Origin: a virus
Direction: 5' to 3' (one strand)
Virus record (IMG/VR): IMGVR_UViG_3300008339_000021
Location: 1-64,000 of that record
Length of the DNA stretch: 64,000 nt
The translations under genes and the position numbers were made by a program. Positions 1-9,050 of the stretch are shown here, piece after piece. The notes below the pieces were generated by a model. That model did not search any database. It saw only the letters and a program-made list of their open reading frames with translations, and was not told the origin of the DNA. Position 1 is the stretch's first letter, and each line of letters opens with the position of its first letter.

Positions 1-891
1 ATGGATATGGAGATTAATCAATATATTGATAAGTCTTGGTTGCCAGAAGGTGGTATTGATATAGATAACTATCAAGAGCACAATCTTGATAGAAAAGCTG
101 GTTGTAGATATTATTATGACAAGCTGAAACAACTACAGGATGAGAAAAATAAGAATGGTACATCTGGTAGTGATGCTATGGATCAGTTACTAGACAATAT
201 TGAGTCTGGTAATATTCCTGATCATAGTACATGGGAAGAGTTTGAAGATCTTAGTGAAGCTGAGCAAAAGTTAATTGAGAAACAATTACAGAAAGTTCTT
301 AGTGATGCTAAAGAACAAACTCTTAAGAAAAGAGGTACAGTTCCTGGAGAAATTGAAGGAGTAATTATTATTGAAGAAGTTGTCAAGCCTAAATTTAATT
401 GGCGGGGATATATTAGAAGATTTACTGGTGTAAGTACTAAAGTATTTACTAAGAAAATTAGAAGAAAAGAGAACCGTAGATTTGAGGCTAATCCTGGTCT
501 TAAAGTAAAAATGAGACAACATATGTTGTTGGCCATTGATACTTCAGGATCTGTAAGTGATGCGGAACTTCAAGAATTTATGAGTGAAATCTATCACATC
601 TATAAATGTGGTGTAGATATTACAGTTGTACAGTGTGATACAATGATTAGATCTGTTGAGCCTTACAAAGGTAAATTTGAAATGGCTGTACAAGGCAGAG
701 GTGGGACTGAATTTGATCCTGTCCTAGAATATTTTAATGCCAACCTGAAGAAATACACAAGCCTGGTGTATTTTACAGACGGGGAATGTAGTTATTCTGT
801 AAAACCTAGAGGTAATACTCTGTGGGTTTTGTCAGAAAGATCTTATATGAATGAAGATTTACCAGGTAAAGTAATTAAATTAGAACTATAA
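1..891 (+). CDS. VWA-domain putative metallopeptidase (DUF2201-like), probably 5'-truncated by the window
   Basis: MIDAS motif DTSGS...GRGGT...FTDG in the C-terminal half. The opening DMEINQY resembles the end of the DUF2201 N-terminal peptidase region. It lies directly upstream of a MoxR-type ATPase, its usual partner. Confidence 0.8.
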   Translation: MDMEINQYIDKSWLPEGGIDIDNYQEHNLDRKAGCRYYYDKLKQLQDEKNKNGTSGSDAMDQLLDNIESGNIPDHSTWEEFEDLSEAEQKLIEKQLQKVLSDAKEQTLKKRGTVPGEIEGVIIIEEVVKPKFNWRGYIRRFTGVSTKVFTKKIRRKENRRFEANPGLKVKMRQHMLLAIDTSGSVSDAELQEFMSEIYHIYKCGVDITVVQCDTMIRSVEPYKGKFEMAVQGRGGTEFDPVLEYFNANLKKYTSLVYFTDGECSYSVKPRGNTLWVLSERSYMNEDLPGKVIKLEL

Positions 892-902
892 AAAGAAAGA
901 TT

Positions 903-2072
903 ATGAATCAAGTACAGTTGAACGTAGATGAGTTGAAAAACTTTATTAAGCATATGGTTAAGAATAACCAACATATTCAGTCTGAAGGTAAAGTACCTGT
1001 GGCTATTAATATTGAGGGTGATGCTGGTTTGGGTAAAACTTCTGCAATCATGCAGTTGGGTAAAGAACTATCTATGGAGGTTGTAAAGCTGAATTTATCT
1101 CAGCTAGAAGAGTTAGGTGACTTGGTTGGGTTTCCTGTAAAAGAATTTCAAATACAAAATGCTGAAGGTAAAACTACCTGGATAAATGAATCTCAGATAT
1201 CTGCAGCTACTAGTAAAGGGTATAAAGTTGTAGGAAAGAGAATGTCACATGCTGCTCCTGAGTGGATTCAAGGTAAAGGAGAAGGTGGTTTCTTAATTCT
1301 TGATGACTATACTCGTGCTGATGCAAGATTTATGCAGGCTACTATGGAGATCTTGGATAGACAAGAATATGTTTCTTGGAAACTACCTAAGAACTGGCAT
1401 GTTATCTTGACTACTAATCCAGATAATGGTGACTATAATGTTACTTCTCTTGATGTAGCTCAGAAGACCAGATTTATTTCTGTTGAGTTGAAATATGATT
1501 CTGATGTATGGGCTAAGTGGGCAGAGAAAGCAAACATAGATGGTAGATGTATCAACTTTATGTTGATGCACCCAGAGTTGGTTACTCAAAGAATAAATCC
1601 AAGAGCAATTACTACTTTCTTTAATGCTATTAGTTCTATTCCTAAGTTTGAGGACAACTTGCCATTGATTCAAATGATTGGTGAAGGTTCTGTGGGAGCT
1701 GATTTTAGTTCAATGTTTACTATGTTCATTAATAATAAACTTGATAGAATTATTTCTCCTGAAGACATCCTGACTAAAGATGAGCAGTATGTTATGAATA
1801 GTTTGACCAATGCTGTTGGTAAAGATGATGAGTTCCGTGCTGATATATCTAGTGTAATTGCAACCAGATTGATTAACTATTCCCTTACTATTGCTGACAA
1901 AGGAGCAGTTGGTAAACCAATTATAGATAGGATAGCTAAGCTTACTACAGATTGTGAAGCATTTACTAATGACCTTAGATACTATATGGTTAAAGAAATT
2001 GTCAACGGTAATAAAGTTAAGTTTAGTCAATTGATGATGAATCAAGAGGTGGTGAAGATGGCTGTTAAGTAA
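903..2072 (+). CDS. MoxR-like AAA+ ATPase
   Basis: Walker A GDAGLGKT, Walker B-like FLILDDYTRA, sensor-1 TTNP, and LDVAQKTRF arginine-finger region. Adjacent to the VWA gene. Confidence 0.85.
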   Translation: MNQVQLNVDELKNFIKHMVKNNQHIQSEGKVPVAINIEGDAGLGKTSAIMQLGKELSMEVVKLNLSQLEELGDLVGFPVKEFQIQNAEGKTTWINESQISAATSKGYKVVGKRMSHAAPEWIQGKGEGGFLILDDYTRADARFMQATMEILDRQEYVSWKLPKNWHVILTTNPDNGDYNVTSLDVAQKTRFISVELKYDSDVWAKWAEKANIDGRCINFMLMHPELVTQRINPRAITTFFNAISSIPKFEDNLPLIQMIGEGSVGADFSSMFTMFINNKLDRIISPEDILTKDEQYVMNSLTNAVGKDDEFRADISSVIATRLINYSLTIADKGAVGKPIIDRIAKLTTDCEAFTNDLRYYMVKEIVNGNKVKFSQLMMNQEVVKMAVK

Positions 2073-2080
2073 TTGAAACA

Positions 2081-2156
2081 TAAAGGGTTTTCCCCCTTTA
2101 AAAATACATTACTATAATTAAAAACAAACATAAGGGGAGGTAATACTCCCCTTTTT
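2081..2156 (+). terminator. Two hairpins, the second a likely rho-independent terminator
   Basis: TAAAGGG-TTTTCC-CCCTTTA (2081-2100) and AAGGGGAG-GTAATA-CTCCCCTT followed by TTT (2132-2156). Confidence 0.6.
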
Positions 2157-2168
2157 AAATAAAATTCT

Positions 2169-3470
2169 ATGAAAAAATATTTGTTTATTTATGATGCGGC
2201 AACAGATGGAAATGAAATAATTATAAAAGTACAACCATTATATTGTGCTTGGGGTGGTGATGAATTTTTACCAGTAGTTGATAAAGAATATATCCCTAAT
2301 AAAGGAGACAAACTTTATTTCCTTCCTGGTGTAAATATTCCTAGAGTAAAACTAAAAGATTTGTCTTTGGAATATGGTATTAAAACAGTTAGAAATATAG
2401 AAGATGCTACACATGTTTTCCGTGGTAAAAATACTAGAGATAAAATTGTATCATCACATTGGTATTATAAAATACCTACATCTGCATTAAGGGCAATCAT
2501 TGAGGACTCTGAATGTAATATGGATGATTATTACAAAGAAAACTTAAGAGAAGCACTAGAACACTATACTGAAGACATAGTTATTGTAAATTATGCTGAT
2601 GCTAGTGTATTAAGAAATAATAATGTACCTGTACTAAGAAGACATATACAAGCTAGTATGTTAGGTTCATCTAATACATATTATACAATAGATGATGATC
2701 ACAAAGATTTATTTCCAGATATATTGAGTCTAGAACTTTATGATGAAAGTAAATTGCTAAAGTACATTAATGGTAATGATGCTGCTACTATAGATGAATC
2801 TATGTTCTTACAGATTTCTGATATGTTTGAAAGCTCAGATAGAGACAACCATATTCTTGCAATGGAAATTATGGCCAATTGTAATTATATGGAAAGTCTA
2901 CTATTTATTGAGATGCTTTTTGAAAGATATGCATATAAGATGAGTGAATGTCATACCAAGAACCATGTTAATTTCAAATCTTTACTTAGTTTTCTAGGTA
3001 AAAATAAGAATTACATGAGCACTAGTATTGATGAGATGACAACATCTCTTATCAATAAAGAAGTATTTGATTTAGATAAGGTTAATCTTATAATGAAATA
3101 TTATGGTAAAGAGATAGCTGAAAAAGGTGGTACTCAATACTTTGAAGTAAAAAGTGTAACTCTTAGTGAAGAAGCAGCAAAGTTACTCAATACTAACTAT
3201 GTTCATGAGATAATACCAGATTTTATTCCTGAAGGTGTAGAACAAGTAGAAATCCAAGAACCAACAGTGTATCCAGTTAATGAGGCAGAGCATGAAGAAC
3301 TTCTAGGTGAAGACATAGAAACTGCATTATCTAGAATTGAGAGAAATCAACTTAAGTCAGAGCTAATAGCTATTGAAGAAGAGTTAAGTGCACCACAGGG
3401 GTCCCTGGATGAAGAATCAAATAACAATCAAATAGAAGAGAAAGATGACAATGGTTTTGAATGGTTCTGA
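2169..3470 (+). CDS. Hypothetical protein with a BRCT-like N-terminal segment and acidic tail
   Basis: 433-aa ORF. LYFLPGVNIPRVKLKDLSLEYGIKTVRNIEDATHVF resembles the BRCT beta-alpha-beta-beta pattern. The C-terminus is Glu/Asp-rich and ends FEWF. Confidence 0.6.
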   Translation: MKKYLFIYDAATDGNEIIIKVQPLYCAWGGDEFLPVVDKEYIPNKGDKLYFLPGVNIPRVKLKDLSLEYGIKTVRNIEDATHVFRGKNTRDKIVSSHWYYKIPTSALRAIIEDSECNMDDYYKENLREALEHYTEDIVIVNYADASVLRNNNVPVLRRHIQASMLGSSNTYYTIDDDHKDLFPDILSLELYDESKLLKYINGNDAATIDESMFLQISDMFESSDRDNHILAMEIMANCNYMESLLFIEMLFERYAYKMSECHTKNHVNFKSLLSFLGKNKNYMSTSIDEMTTSLINKEVFDLDKVNLIMKYYGKEIAEKGGTQYFEVKSVTLSEEAAKLLNTNYVHEIIPDFIPEGVEQVEIQEPTVYPVNEAEHEELLGEDIETALSRIERNQLKSELIAIEEELSAPQGSLDEESNNNQIEEKDDNGFEWF

Positions 3471-4461
3471 TGAACTAGAGAGATTTTATAAGGAGAAGTT
3501 TTATTTTAGCTATAGTGGCTTAAATAAACTACTATATTCTCCTGCACTATTTTATAATCATTATGTGCTCAACCAGAGAGAGGATAGTACAGACCCGCAC
3601 CTTGTAGGAGGGCGGGTTCTGCACTGTCTTTTATTTGAGCCTGAGAAGTATGATGAGCAATTTGTATCATTACCGGGTAAACTTCCAACAGATAGTCAAA
3701 GAAAAATTATTGATAATATTTTTAGAATACATTGCTCAGTAGGAAATAATTCTTTACTTTTGGAAGACTACTCAACAGATATACTCACACAGCTTCTTAC
3801 AGCAAATCTTTATCAATCACTCAAAACAGATGCTCAAAGATTAGAAAAAATTCTAACAGATGAGAACAAAGAGTATTTTGAATTCCTCAAACAAAGTCAA
3901 GATAAAGCAGTAGTAGATCAACCAACTTTGGATGGCTGCAAAGCACAGGTAGAGATACTAAAAACTAATAATGATGTTAGAGCTTTATTAGCATTAGACA
4001 AAGCTGAGGAAGATGATCATATTGAGATATATAATGAGTTGCATATCAAAATAGATCATGATCAGTTGCCCTTTGGATTTAATGGATTCCTTGATAATGT
4101 AGTTATAGACAACCAAGCAAAAGTTATATTTATTAATGACTTAAAAACTACTGGCAAGTCTATTCAAGATTTTCCTGATGCTGTTGAGTATTATAAGTAT
4201 TGGATTCAAGCTGTTATCTATTATATACTGGCAACACATAAATTTTTGAAAGGCAAACCAGATATAACATCTTGGCAAGTACAAGTAACCTTTATTGTAA
4301 TTGACAAATACAATTTAGTTTATCCATATCAAGTGTCAAGAGAAACAATGTCTAAGTGGCAAAAGGATTTTAAGTCTGTGTTAGAAGTGGCTGTATGGCA
4401 CTATACAGAGAAGAAATATGACTTGCCATATGACTTAGCAGTAGGTAATGTAAAATTGTAA
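3445..4461 (+). CDS. PD-(D/E)XK (RecB/Cas4-like) exonuclease
   Basis: N-terminal SYSGL, then GRVLH, GFLDNV...INDLKTT catalytic motif, and YWIQAVIY (QxxxY) motif. Confidence 0.85.
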   Translation: MTMVLNGSDELERFYKEKFYFSYSGLNKLLYSPALFYNHYVLNQREDSTDPHLVGGRVLHCLLFEPEKYDEQFVSLPGKLPTDSQRKIIDNIFRIHCSVGNNSLLLEDYSTDILTQLLTANLYQSLKTDAQRLEKILTDENKEYFEFLKQSQDKAVVDQPTLDGCKAQVEILKTNNDVRALLALDKAEEDDHIEIYNELHIKIDHDQLPFGFNGFLDNVVIDNQAKVIFINDLKTTGKSIQDFPDAVEYYKYWIQAVIYYILATHKFLKGKPDITSWQVQVTFIVIDKYNLVYPYQVSRETMSKWQKDFKSVLEVAVWHYTEKKYDLPYDLAVGNVKL

Positions 4462-4465
4462 AATT

Positions 4466-5032
4466 ATGGTAATTGATGCGCTTTATAGGAAATACTTCCA
4501 GAAGTCCAAGATATTTTTATATCCGCTCTTGGGCATTAAAAGAGGTACAAGTGTTGTTCCAGGTGAGACTTATCTCTCTTGGGAAAACAAAGTAAACTCT
4601 GAGGATATGAAACTAGTTTGTGTATACCATACAAGAACTGACATGGAATATTTACAGTTTGAGAAAAATATTTTACTCAAACATAATAGACTTGTTGATT
4701 TTACTAAGGTAGATGAAGATAAACTAGTTGCAATTTTTAATTTTTCTGATTTAAGTGATGATTGGTCATACTTTCTAGATGGAAAGTACAGTAAAATGAA
4801 TACAAATACAAAGCGCAAAATTCTAGACTTCTTTGATAAGAGAAGTGGTAACTATGCTTATGTAGAAAGCTACCTGTTTCCTGAAAATCATTTTGAAACA
4901 TATGCTAAAATACTAGGTGTAGATGTTGAAATACTCAAATCTGTTGGTGAGCTATGCAATAAGCCAGATTTTGAAAAAGAAAATTTACTTATTGAAGTAG
5001 CAGATTTGGAAAACATTAAAATAATTCAATAA
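4466..5032 (+). CDS. Hypothetical phage protein
   Basis: 188-aa ORF tightly packed in the operon. No motif recognised. Confidence 0.75.
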   Translation: MVIDALYRKYFQKSKIFLYPLLGIKRGTSVVPGETYLSWENKVNSEDMKLVCVYHTRTDMEYLQFEKNILLKHNRLVDFTKVDEDKLVAIFNFSDLSDDWSYFLDGKYSKMNTNTKRKILDFFDKRSGNYAYVESYLFPENHFETYAKILGVDVEILKSVGELCNKPDFEKENLLIEVADLENIKIIQ

Positions 5033-5037
5033 CTTTG
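5005..5037 (+). promoter_or_regulatory. Bacteroidota-type sigma70 promoter (-33 TTTG / -7 TAnnTTTG)
   Basis: TTTG at 5005-5008, a 21-nt spacer, then TAACTTTG at 5030-5037, ending 14 nt before the ATG at 5052. Confidence 0.65.
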
Positions 5038-5051
5038 TTAAAACCAACAAA

Positions 5052-5396
5052 ATGAGTGAAAAAACAATGATGATTGTCCAGTCAACTTGGCAAGACAAAC
5101 AAACTTTTAGATTGATTCCAATTGCAGAATCATGTCCTTATGTAGAATGTATTTTTGATCCAGATAGCAAAGTTTTTGTTATTGTATCAAAGATTAGAAA
5201 AACTTCTTTACATATGTTGCCCAAACTTGATGAGTACGGTATTGCCATATCAGGCAACCGTGGAACTAAACAAGAAAGACACAAGATAGAAGTGTTTCAA
5301 GAATTCTATATAGAAGACCTAAATGCTATTGAAGAATTAATTAAAACTTTTGCAGTTAATGCTGAGTTTGATTATAAAACATTTATGAATAACTAA
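5052..5396 (+). CDS. Hypothetical phage protein
   Basis: 114-aa ORF with an A-rich leader, bracketed by a promoter and a terminator. Confidence 0.75.
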   Translation: MSEKTMMIVQSTWQDKQTFRLIPIAESCPYVECIFDPDSKVFVIVSKIRKTSLHMLPKLDEYGIAISGNRGTKQERHKIEVFQEFYIEDLNAIEELIKTFAVNAEFDYKTFMNN

Positions 5397-5419
5397 CATA
5401 AATAGTTTAATTCTACCAG

Positions 5420-5452
5420 AAGGGAGTGTTTACAGGCACTCCCTTTTATTTT
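5420..5452 (+). terminator. Rho-independent terminator
   Basis: Stem AAGGGAGTG / CACTCCCTT followed by TTATTTT. Confidence 0.75.
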
Positions 5453-5488
5453 AACTTAACGGGGGGACAGCTTAACTGAACAAATCTT

Positions 5489-7387
5489 ATGAAAACACAT
5501 TGGGTAATGGACTATGAAACTCTTAGTAATTGTTTCATAGCAGTATTTGAAGATATTAAATCTGATGACCGGGAAATTTTTGTAGTTCATGAGTCTAGAA
5601 ATGACACTGAAGAACTAGTAAACTTTCTAAATAGGAACAAAACCTTTAATGAATGGCATGTCAGCTTTAATGGTCTTGGCTTTGATAGTCAAATCACTGA
5701 ATATATATTAAGAAAACAGAATGATCTGTGCAGTATGTCTGCACAGGATGTTGCAGCTTATTTATATTCAAAAGCACAACAAATTATTAATAAACAAAAC
5801 TCTGGTGAGTTTTTAGAATTTAGTCAAAAAGATCTCCAGATAAGACAGATTGATGTATTTAAACTTAATCATTGGGATAATCCAGCTAAGAGAAGTTCAT
5901 TAAAATGGATTCAGTATACTATGGACTGGCACAACATTGTAGACATGCCAATTCATCATACTAGTCATATTGTTGCTCAGCAAATAGAACCAATTATTAG
6001 GTATTGTATTAATGATGTCAAGTCTACTAAACAAATTATGCAACTTAGTAAAGGGCAGATTGATTTACGTAGATCTTTAACACAAGAATATAATATTGAT
6101 TTATTTTCAGCATCTGAACCTAGAATTTCTAAAGAATTATTTCTTCATTTTCTAAGTAACCAAACAGGAATAAAGAAATGGGACTTAAGAAACATGAGAA
6201 CTTACAGACCTAAAATTACTGTTGCCGATATTATTCTGCCTTATATAAAGTTTGAAACAGCTACTTTTCAAAGATTGCTTAATAAATTTAATGAAGTAGT
6301 TATATTCCCAAATGAAACTAAAGGAGGTTTTAAGTATTCTGTACAGTATAAAGGTGTAAAAACTGACTTTGGTCTTGGTGGTGTGCACGGTGCTAGAGAA
6401 AGTAAAGTGTATAAATCAAACTCTGATATGGTTATTATGACATCTGATGTTGTAAGTTTCTATCCTAATCTTGCTATAAGAAATAAATGGGCTCCAGCTC
6501 ATTTGCCGCAGCAAGAATTTTGTAATCTATATGAGTGGTTCTTTGAGGAAAGAAAGAAGATACCAAAGTCTGATCCTAAGAACTATGTATATAAGATCAT
6601 TCTAAATTCTACTTATGGTCTTAGCAATGATGAGAATAGTTTCTTGTATGACCCAGAGTTTACTATGAGAATTACCATCAATGGTCAGTTGAGTCTTACT
6701 ATGTTGTATGAAATGATTTGTGAAGAGATTCCAAATGCAGTTCCATTAATGCAGAATACAGATGGTCTTGAAACTATGATTCCAAGAGAGTATCAAGATA
6801 AATATATGGAGATTTGCAAAAGATGGGAGCAGATAACTAATCTTGAACTTGAGCACGGCACATATAGTAAGATAGTTCTAGGTGATGTAAATAATTATAT
6901 TGCTGTAACTGAAGATGGTAAGTCTAAATGTAAGGGTAGATTTGAGTATGATAATCTAGCTTTACATAAGAACAAAAGTTTTTTAATTATTCCAAAAGCC
7001 TTACATGCATATTTTGTAAATGGTATTAAACCTGAAATATTTATAAAAGAAAATTTAAACATTTTTGATTTCTGTGGAGGAGTCAAGATAAAAGGTGATT
7101 GGAGATTTACTGAACATAAAATAGAATTTGGAGAATATACAGAAACAAAACTTCAGGATACTATTAGGTATTTCATCTCTAAATCAGGTAGTAAGATTAT
7201 CAAGAAACATAACACTGATGGCCGGGAAATACAAGTAGAAGCTGGAAGATGGTTACAAACTCTATATACCAACCATCATGATAATCCATTTTCTGAATAT
7301 GATTTAAATTATGATTATTATCTAGAGAAGATTAGAAAAGAAATAGAATCTCTAGAGCCAAATACAAATCAATTAAGTTTATTTTAA
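5489..7387 (+). CDS. polB: Family B DNA polymerase with 3'-5' exonuclease
   Basis: ExoI DYET, ExoII FNGLGFD, ExoIII YCINDV. Polymerase motifs SDVVSFYPN, KIILNSTYG and QNTDG. C-terminal QLSLF. Confidence 0.93.
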   Translation: MKTHWVMDYETLSNCFIAVFEDIKSDDREIFVVHESRNDTEELVNFLNRNKTFNEWHVSFNGLGFDSQITEYILRKQNDLCSMSAQDVAAYLYSKAQQIINKQNSGEFLEFSQKDLQIRQIDVFKLNHWDNPAKRSSLKWIQYTMDWHNIVDMPIHHTSHIVAQQIEPIIRYCINDVKSTKQIMQLSKGQIDLRRSLTQEYNIDLFSASEPRISKELFLHFLSNQTGIKKWDLRNMRTYRPKITVADIILPYIKFETATFQRLLNKFNEVVIFPNETKGGFKYSVQYKGVKTDFGLGGVHGARESKVYKSNSDMVIMTSDVVSFYPNLAIRNKWAPAHLPQQEFCNLYEWFFEERKKIPKSDPKNYVYKIILNSTYGLSNDENSFLYDPEFTMRITINGQLSLTMLYEMICEEIPNAVPLMQNTDGLETMIPREYQDKYMEICKRWEQITNLELEHGTYSKIVLGDVNNYIAVTEDGKSKCKGRFEYDNLALHKNKSFLIIPKALHAYFVNGIKPEIFIKENLNIFDFCGGVKIKGDWRFTEHKIEFGEYTETKLQDTIRYFISKSGSKIIKKHNTDGREIQVEAGRWLQTLYTNHHDNPFSEYDLNYDYYLEKIRKEIESLEPNTNQLSLF

Positions 7388-7389
7388 TT

Positions 7390-8595
7390 ATGCCAAAGAA
7401 AATTCAAAACACAACAAAGGCACATTTAGTAAGTGTGCCTCTACCAAATCATGGTGCTAGTTATACTGTAATTAGTCATCAATTTGTTATTGATTATGCT
7501 TATCAAGCCCTTGCTAATGCAGGGTTTGGGATTGTAGATGAAGAGTACAGATGTACTGCTGATGGACAAATTGCTCAGGGAGTTTACAAACTAAACTTTA
7601 ATAATGATCCTGAGTTGTCAATGATGTTTGCTTGGACAAACAGTTATAATAAACAAGTAAAGTTTAAATGTGTAGTTGGTGCATATATAAATAATAGTGG
7701 TTCTGTCATGATCTCTGGAGAAGTTGGAAGCTGGGTTAGAAAACATACAGGTACTGCAGATACAGAAGTCAAAGCTACTATTGATGATTACATTACTAAT
7801 GCATATATGTATTATACTCAGTTATGCTCTGATAAAGCTGTAATGGAAACTATCTCTTTAAATAGAAGGAGACAATCACAGCTGTTAGGGGTACTATTTG
7901 CCGAGTATGAAATACTTACTACAGAACAAGCTAGTGTTGTAAGAGATCAAATGAAGAAGCCTTATCATGTATTTGCTAATACAGATAGTTTATGGGCATT
8001 CTATAACTATGTAACCAATGCATTACAGTCATCACATCCTAAGACTTGGATGGAAGACCAAAGAATCTTGCATTATTTCATAGGAACAATCTGTGACTTT
8101 AGTGCACCAGTTAGTCAACCAGTTCAAGCTGTTAGTGCACCAGTAGAAGATCCTTTATATGTAGATCCAGCACAAACAAATATTCTTGATCAAATTGCAG
8201 AAGTTGAATCAGAAGTGGTGCAAGATGAGACTATCTGTGCAGATGATCTGCACCGATCAGAAGAAATCATTGAAGACACAAATGAACCTGAGATACTTCC
8301 ATTTGATATAGATGAGGATGATGATGCTGTGTTAGATCAATTACTAGTTCCAATTGAAAGGGAAATTGAGGAAGAAAAATCTGAGGACATTTTTCCCCAA
8401 GATAAAATTGTTCAATATACAGATCCTGTAGGTAATGTATTTGAGGCACCAGTTGTTATAGATACAATTGATCTTAATGAAACTACTAAAGCTTCTGTTG
8501 TAGTAGTTGAAAATAGTGAAGATACAGATCTAGATTTTGATCTAGATTTTAATGAAACAGAAACTGGAACAGAGGATGTTCCAGATTTCTTTTGA
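7390..8595 (+). CDS. DUF932-like protein with a long acidic C-terminal tail
   Basis: Motifs SYTVISH, NSYNK...GAY, RKHTG and LWAFYNYVT resemble the DUF932 family. About 150 aa of D/E-rich tail ends DVPDFF. Confidence 0.6.
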   Translation: MPKKIQNTTKAHLVSVPLPNHGASYTVISHQFVIDYAYQALANAGFGIVDEEYRCTADGQIAQGVYKLNFNNDPELSMMFAWTNSYNKQVKFKCVVGAYINNSGSVMISGEVGSWVRKHTGTADTEVKATIDDYITNAYMYYTQLCSDKAVMETISLNRRRQSQLLGVLFAEYEILTTEQASVVRDQMKKPYHVFANTDSLWAFYNYVTNALQSSHPKTWMEDQRILHYFIGTICDFSAPVSQPVQAVSAPVEDPLYVDPAQTNILDQIAEVESEVVQDETICADDLHRSEEIIEDTNEPEILPFDIDEDDDAVLDQLLVPIEREIEEEKSEDIFPQDKIVQYTDPVGNVFEAPVVIDTIDLNETTKASVVVVENSEDTDLDFDLDFNETETGTEDVPDFF

Positions 8596-8635
8596 CATCC
8601 TTGTTAGCATATAAGGATTTATTGATTTATCATCT

Positions 8636-8667
8636 AGGGGGTAGCTTCGGCTATCCCCTTTTTTTTT
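8636..8667 (+). terminator. Rho-independent terminator (cUUCGg loop)
   Basis: AGGGGGTAGC-TTCG-GCTATCCCCT followed by a T run. Confidence 0.85.
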
Positions 8668-8696
8668 ATTAACTTAGTTTTACAAAAATAAAAGAC

Positions 8697-8870
8697 ATGC
8701 ATCCAGTAGCATTTAAAAAAGCATTAATTGAAGCATACCTTGCAGGAGCAAGTAGTATGTATTGTGGTTGTTATGAAATGCAAACTAAGGCAAGTGCCAG
8801 AGAATGGTTTGATAATGAATATGGGGAACAAGAGTCAGAAGATTGTGACTGTTGTGAAGAAGATGAATAA
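8697..8870 (+). CDS. Small Cys-rich acidic protein (57 aa; not in the ORF track)
   Basis: Translated by hand: MHPVAFKKALIEAYLAGASSMYCGCYEMQTKASAREWFDNEYGEQESEDCDCCEEDE*. It has an A-rich leader and fills the space between two terminators. Confidence 0.65.
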   Translation: MHPVAFKKALIEAYLAGASSMYCGCYEMQTKASAREWFDNEYGEQESEDCDCCEEDE

Positions 8871-8872
8871 AT

Positions 8873-8902
8873 AAGGGGAGCCTTCGGGTTCCCCTTTTTT
8901 TT
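8873..8902. terminator. Terminator at the convergence of the replication and late blocks (probably bidirectional)
   Basis: AAGGGGAGCC-TTCG-GGTTCCCCTT with a T run on + and an A-rich 5' flank. It lies between convergent stop codons at 8870 and 8904. Confidence 0.8.
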
Positions 8903-8903
8903 C

Positions 8904-9044
8904 TCATCTACCTTGTGCTCTATAAGCTTTTTTGTAGTTTTTTGATCTTTTAGACTTAGAAGTTTTAGTTTTAGCATGTACACCTGGACGGGTTACTTTT
9001 ACTTTTCTATAAGTCCTTACTGTTCCTGTTGTTGCCTTTGCCAT
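8904..9044 (-). CDS. Small highly basic protein (46 aa; not in the ORF track)
   Basis: Translated by hand: MAKATTGTVRTYRKVKVTRPGVHAKTKTSKSKRSKNYKKAYRAQGR*. It starts 6 nt after the stop of the 2543-aa gene and ends at the terminator. Confidence 0.75.
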   Translation of the reverse strand: MAKATTGTVRTYRKVKVTRPGVHAKTKTSKSKRSKNYKKAYRAQGR

Positions 9045-9050
9045 TATTTA

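Noticed and set aside
8099-8146. Direct repeat TTAGTGCACCAGT in the DUF932-like gene as an att site
   Set aside because: It is a 13-bp in-frame duplication encoding SAPV twice in a linker, with no integrase nearby.
8771-8983. 70-aa minus-strand ORF from the track
   Set aside because: It runs through the terminator hairpin and overlaps two better-supported small genes (8697-8870 + and 8904-9044 -).
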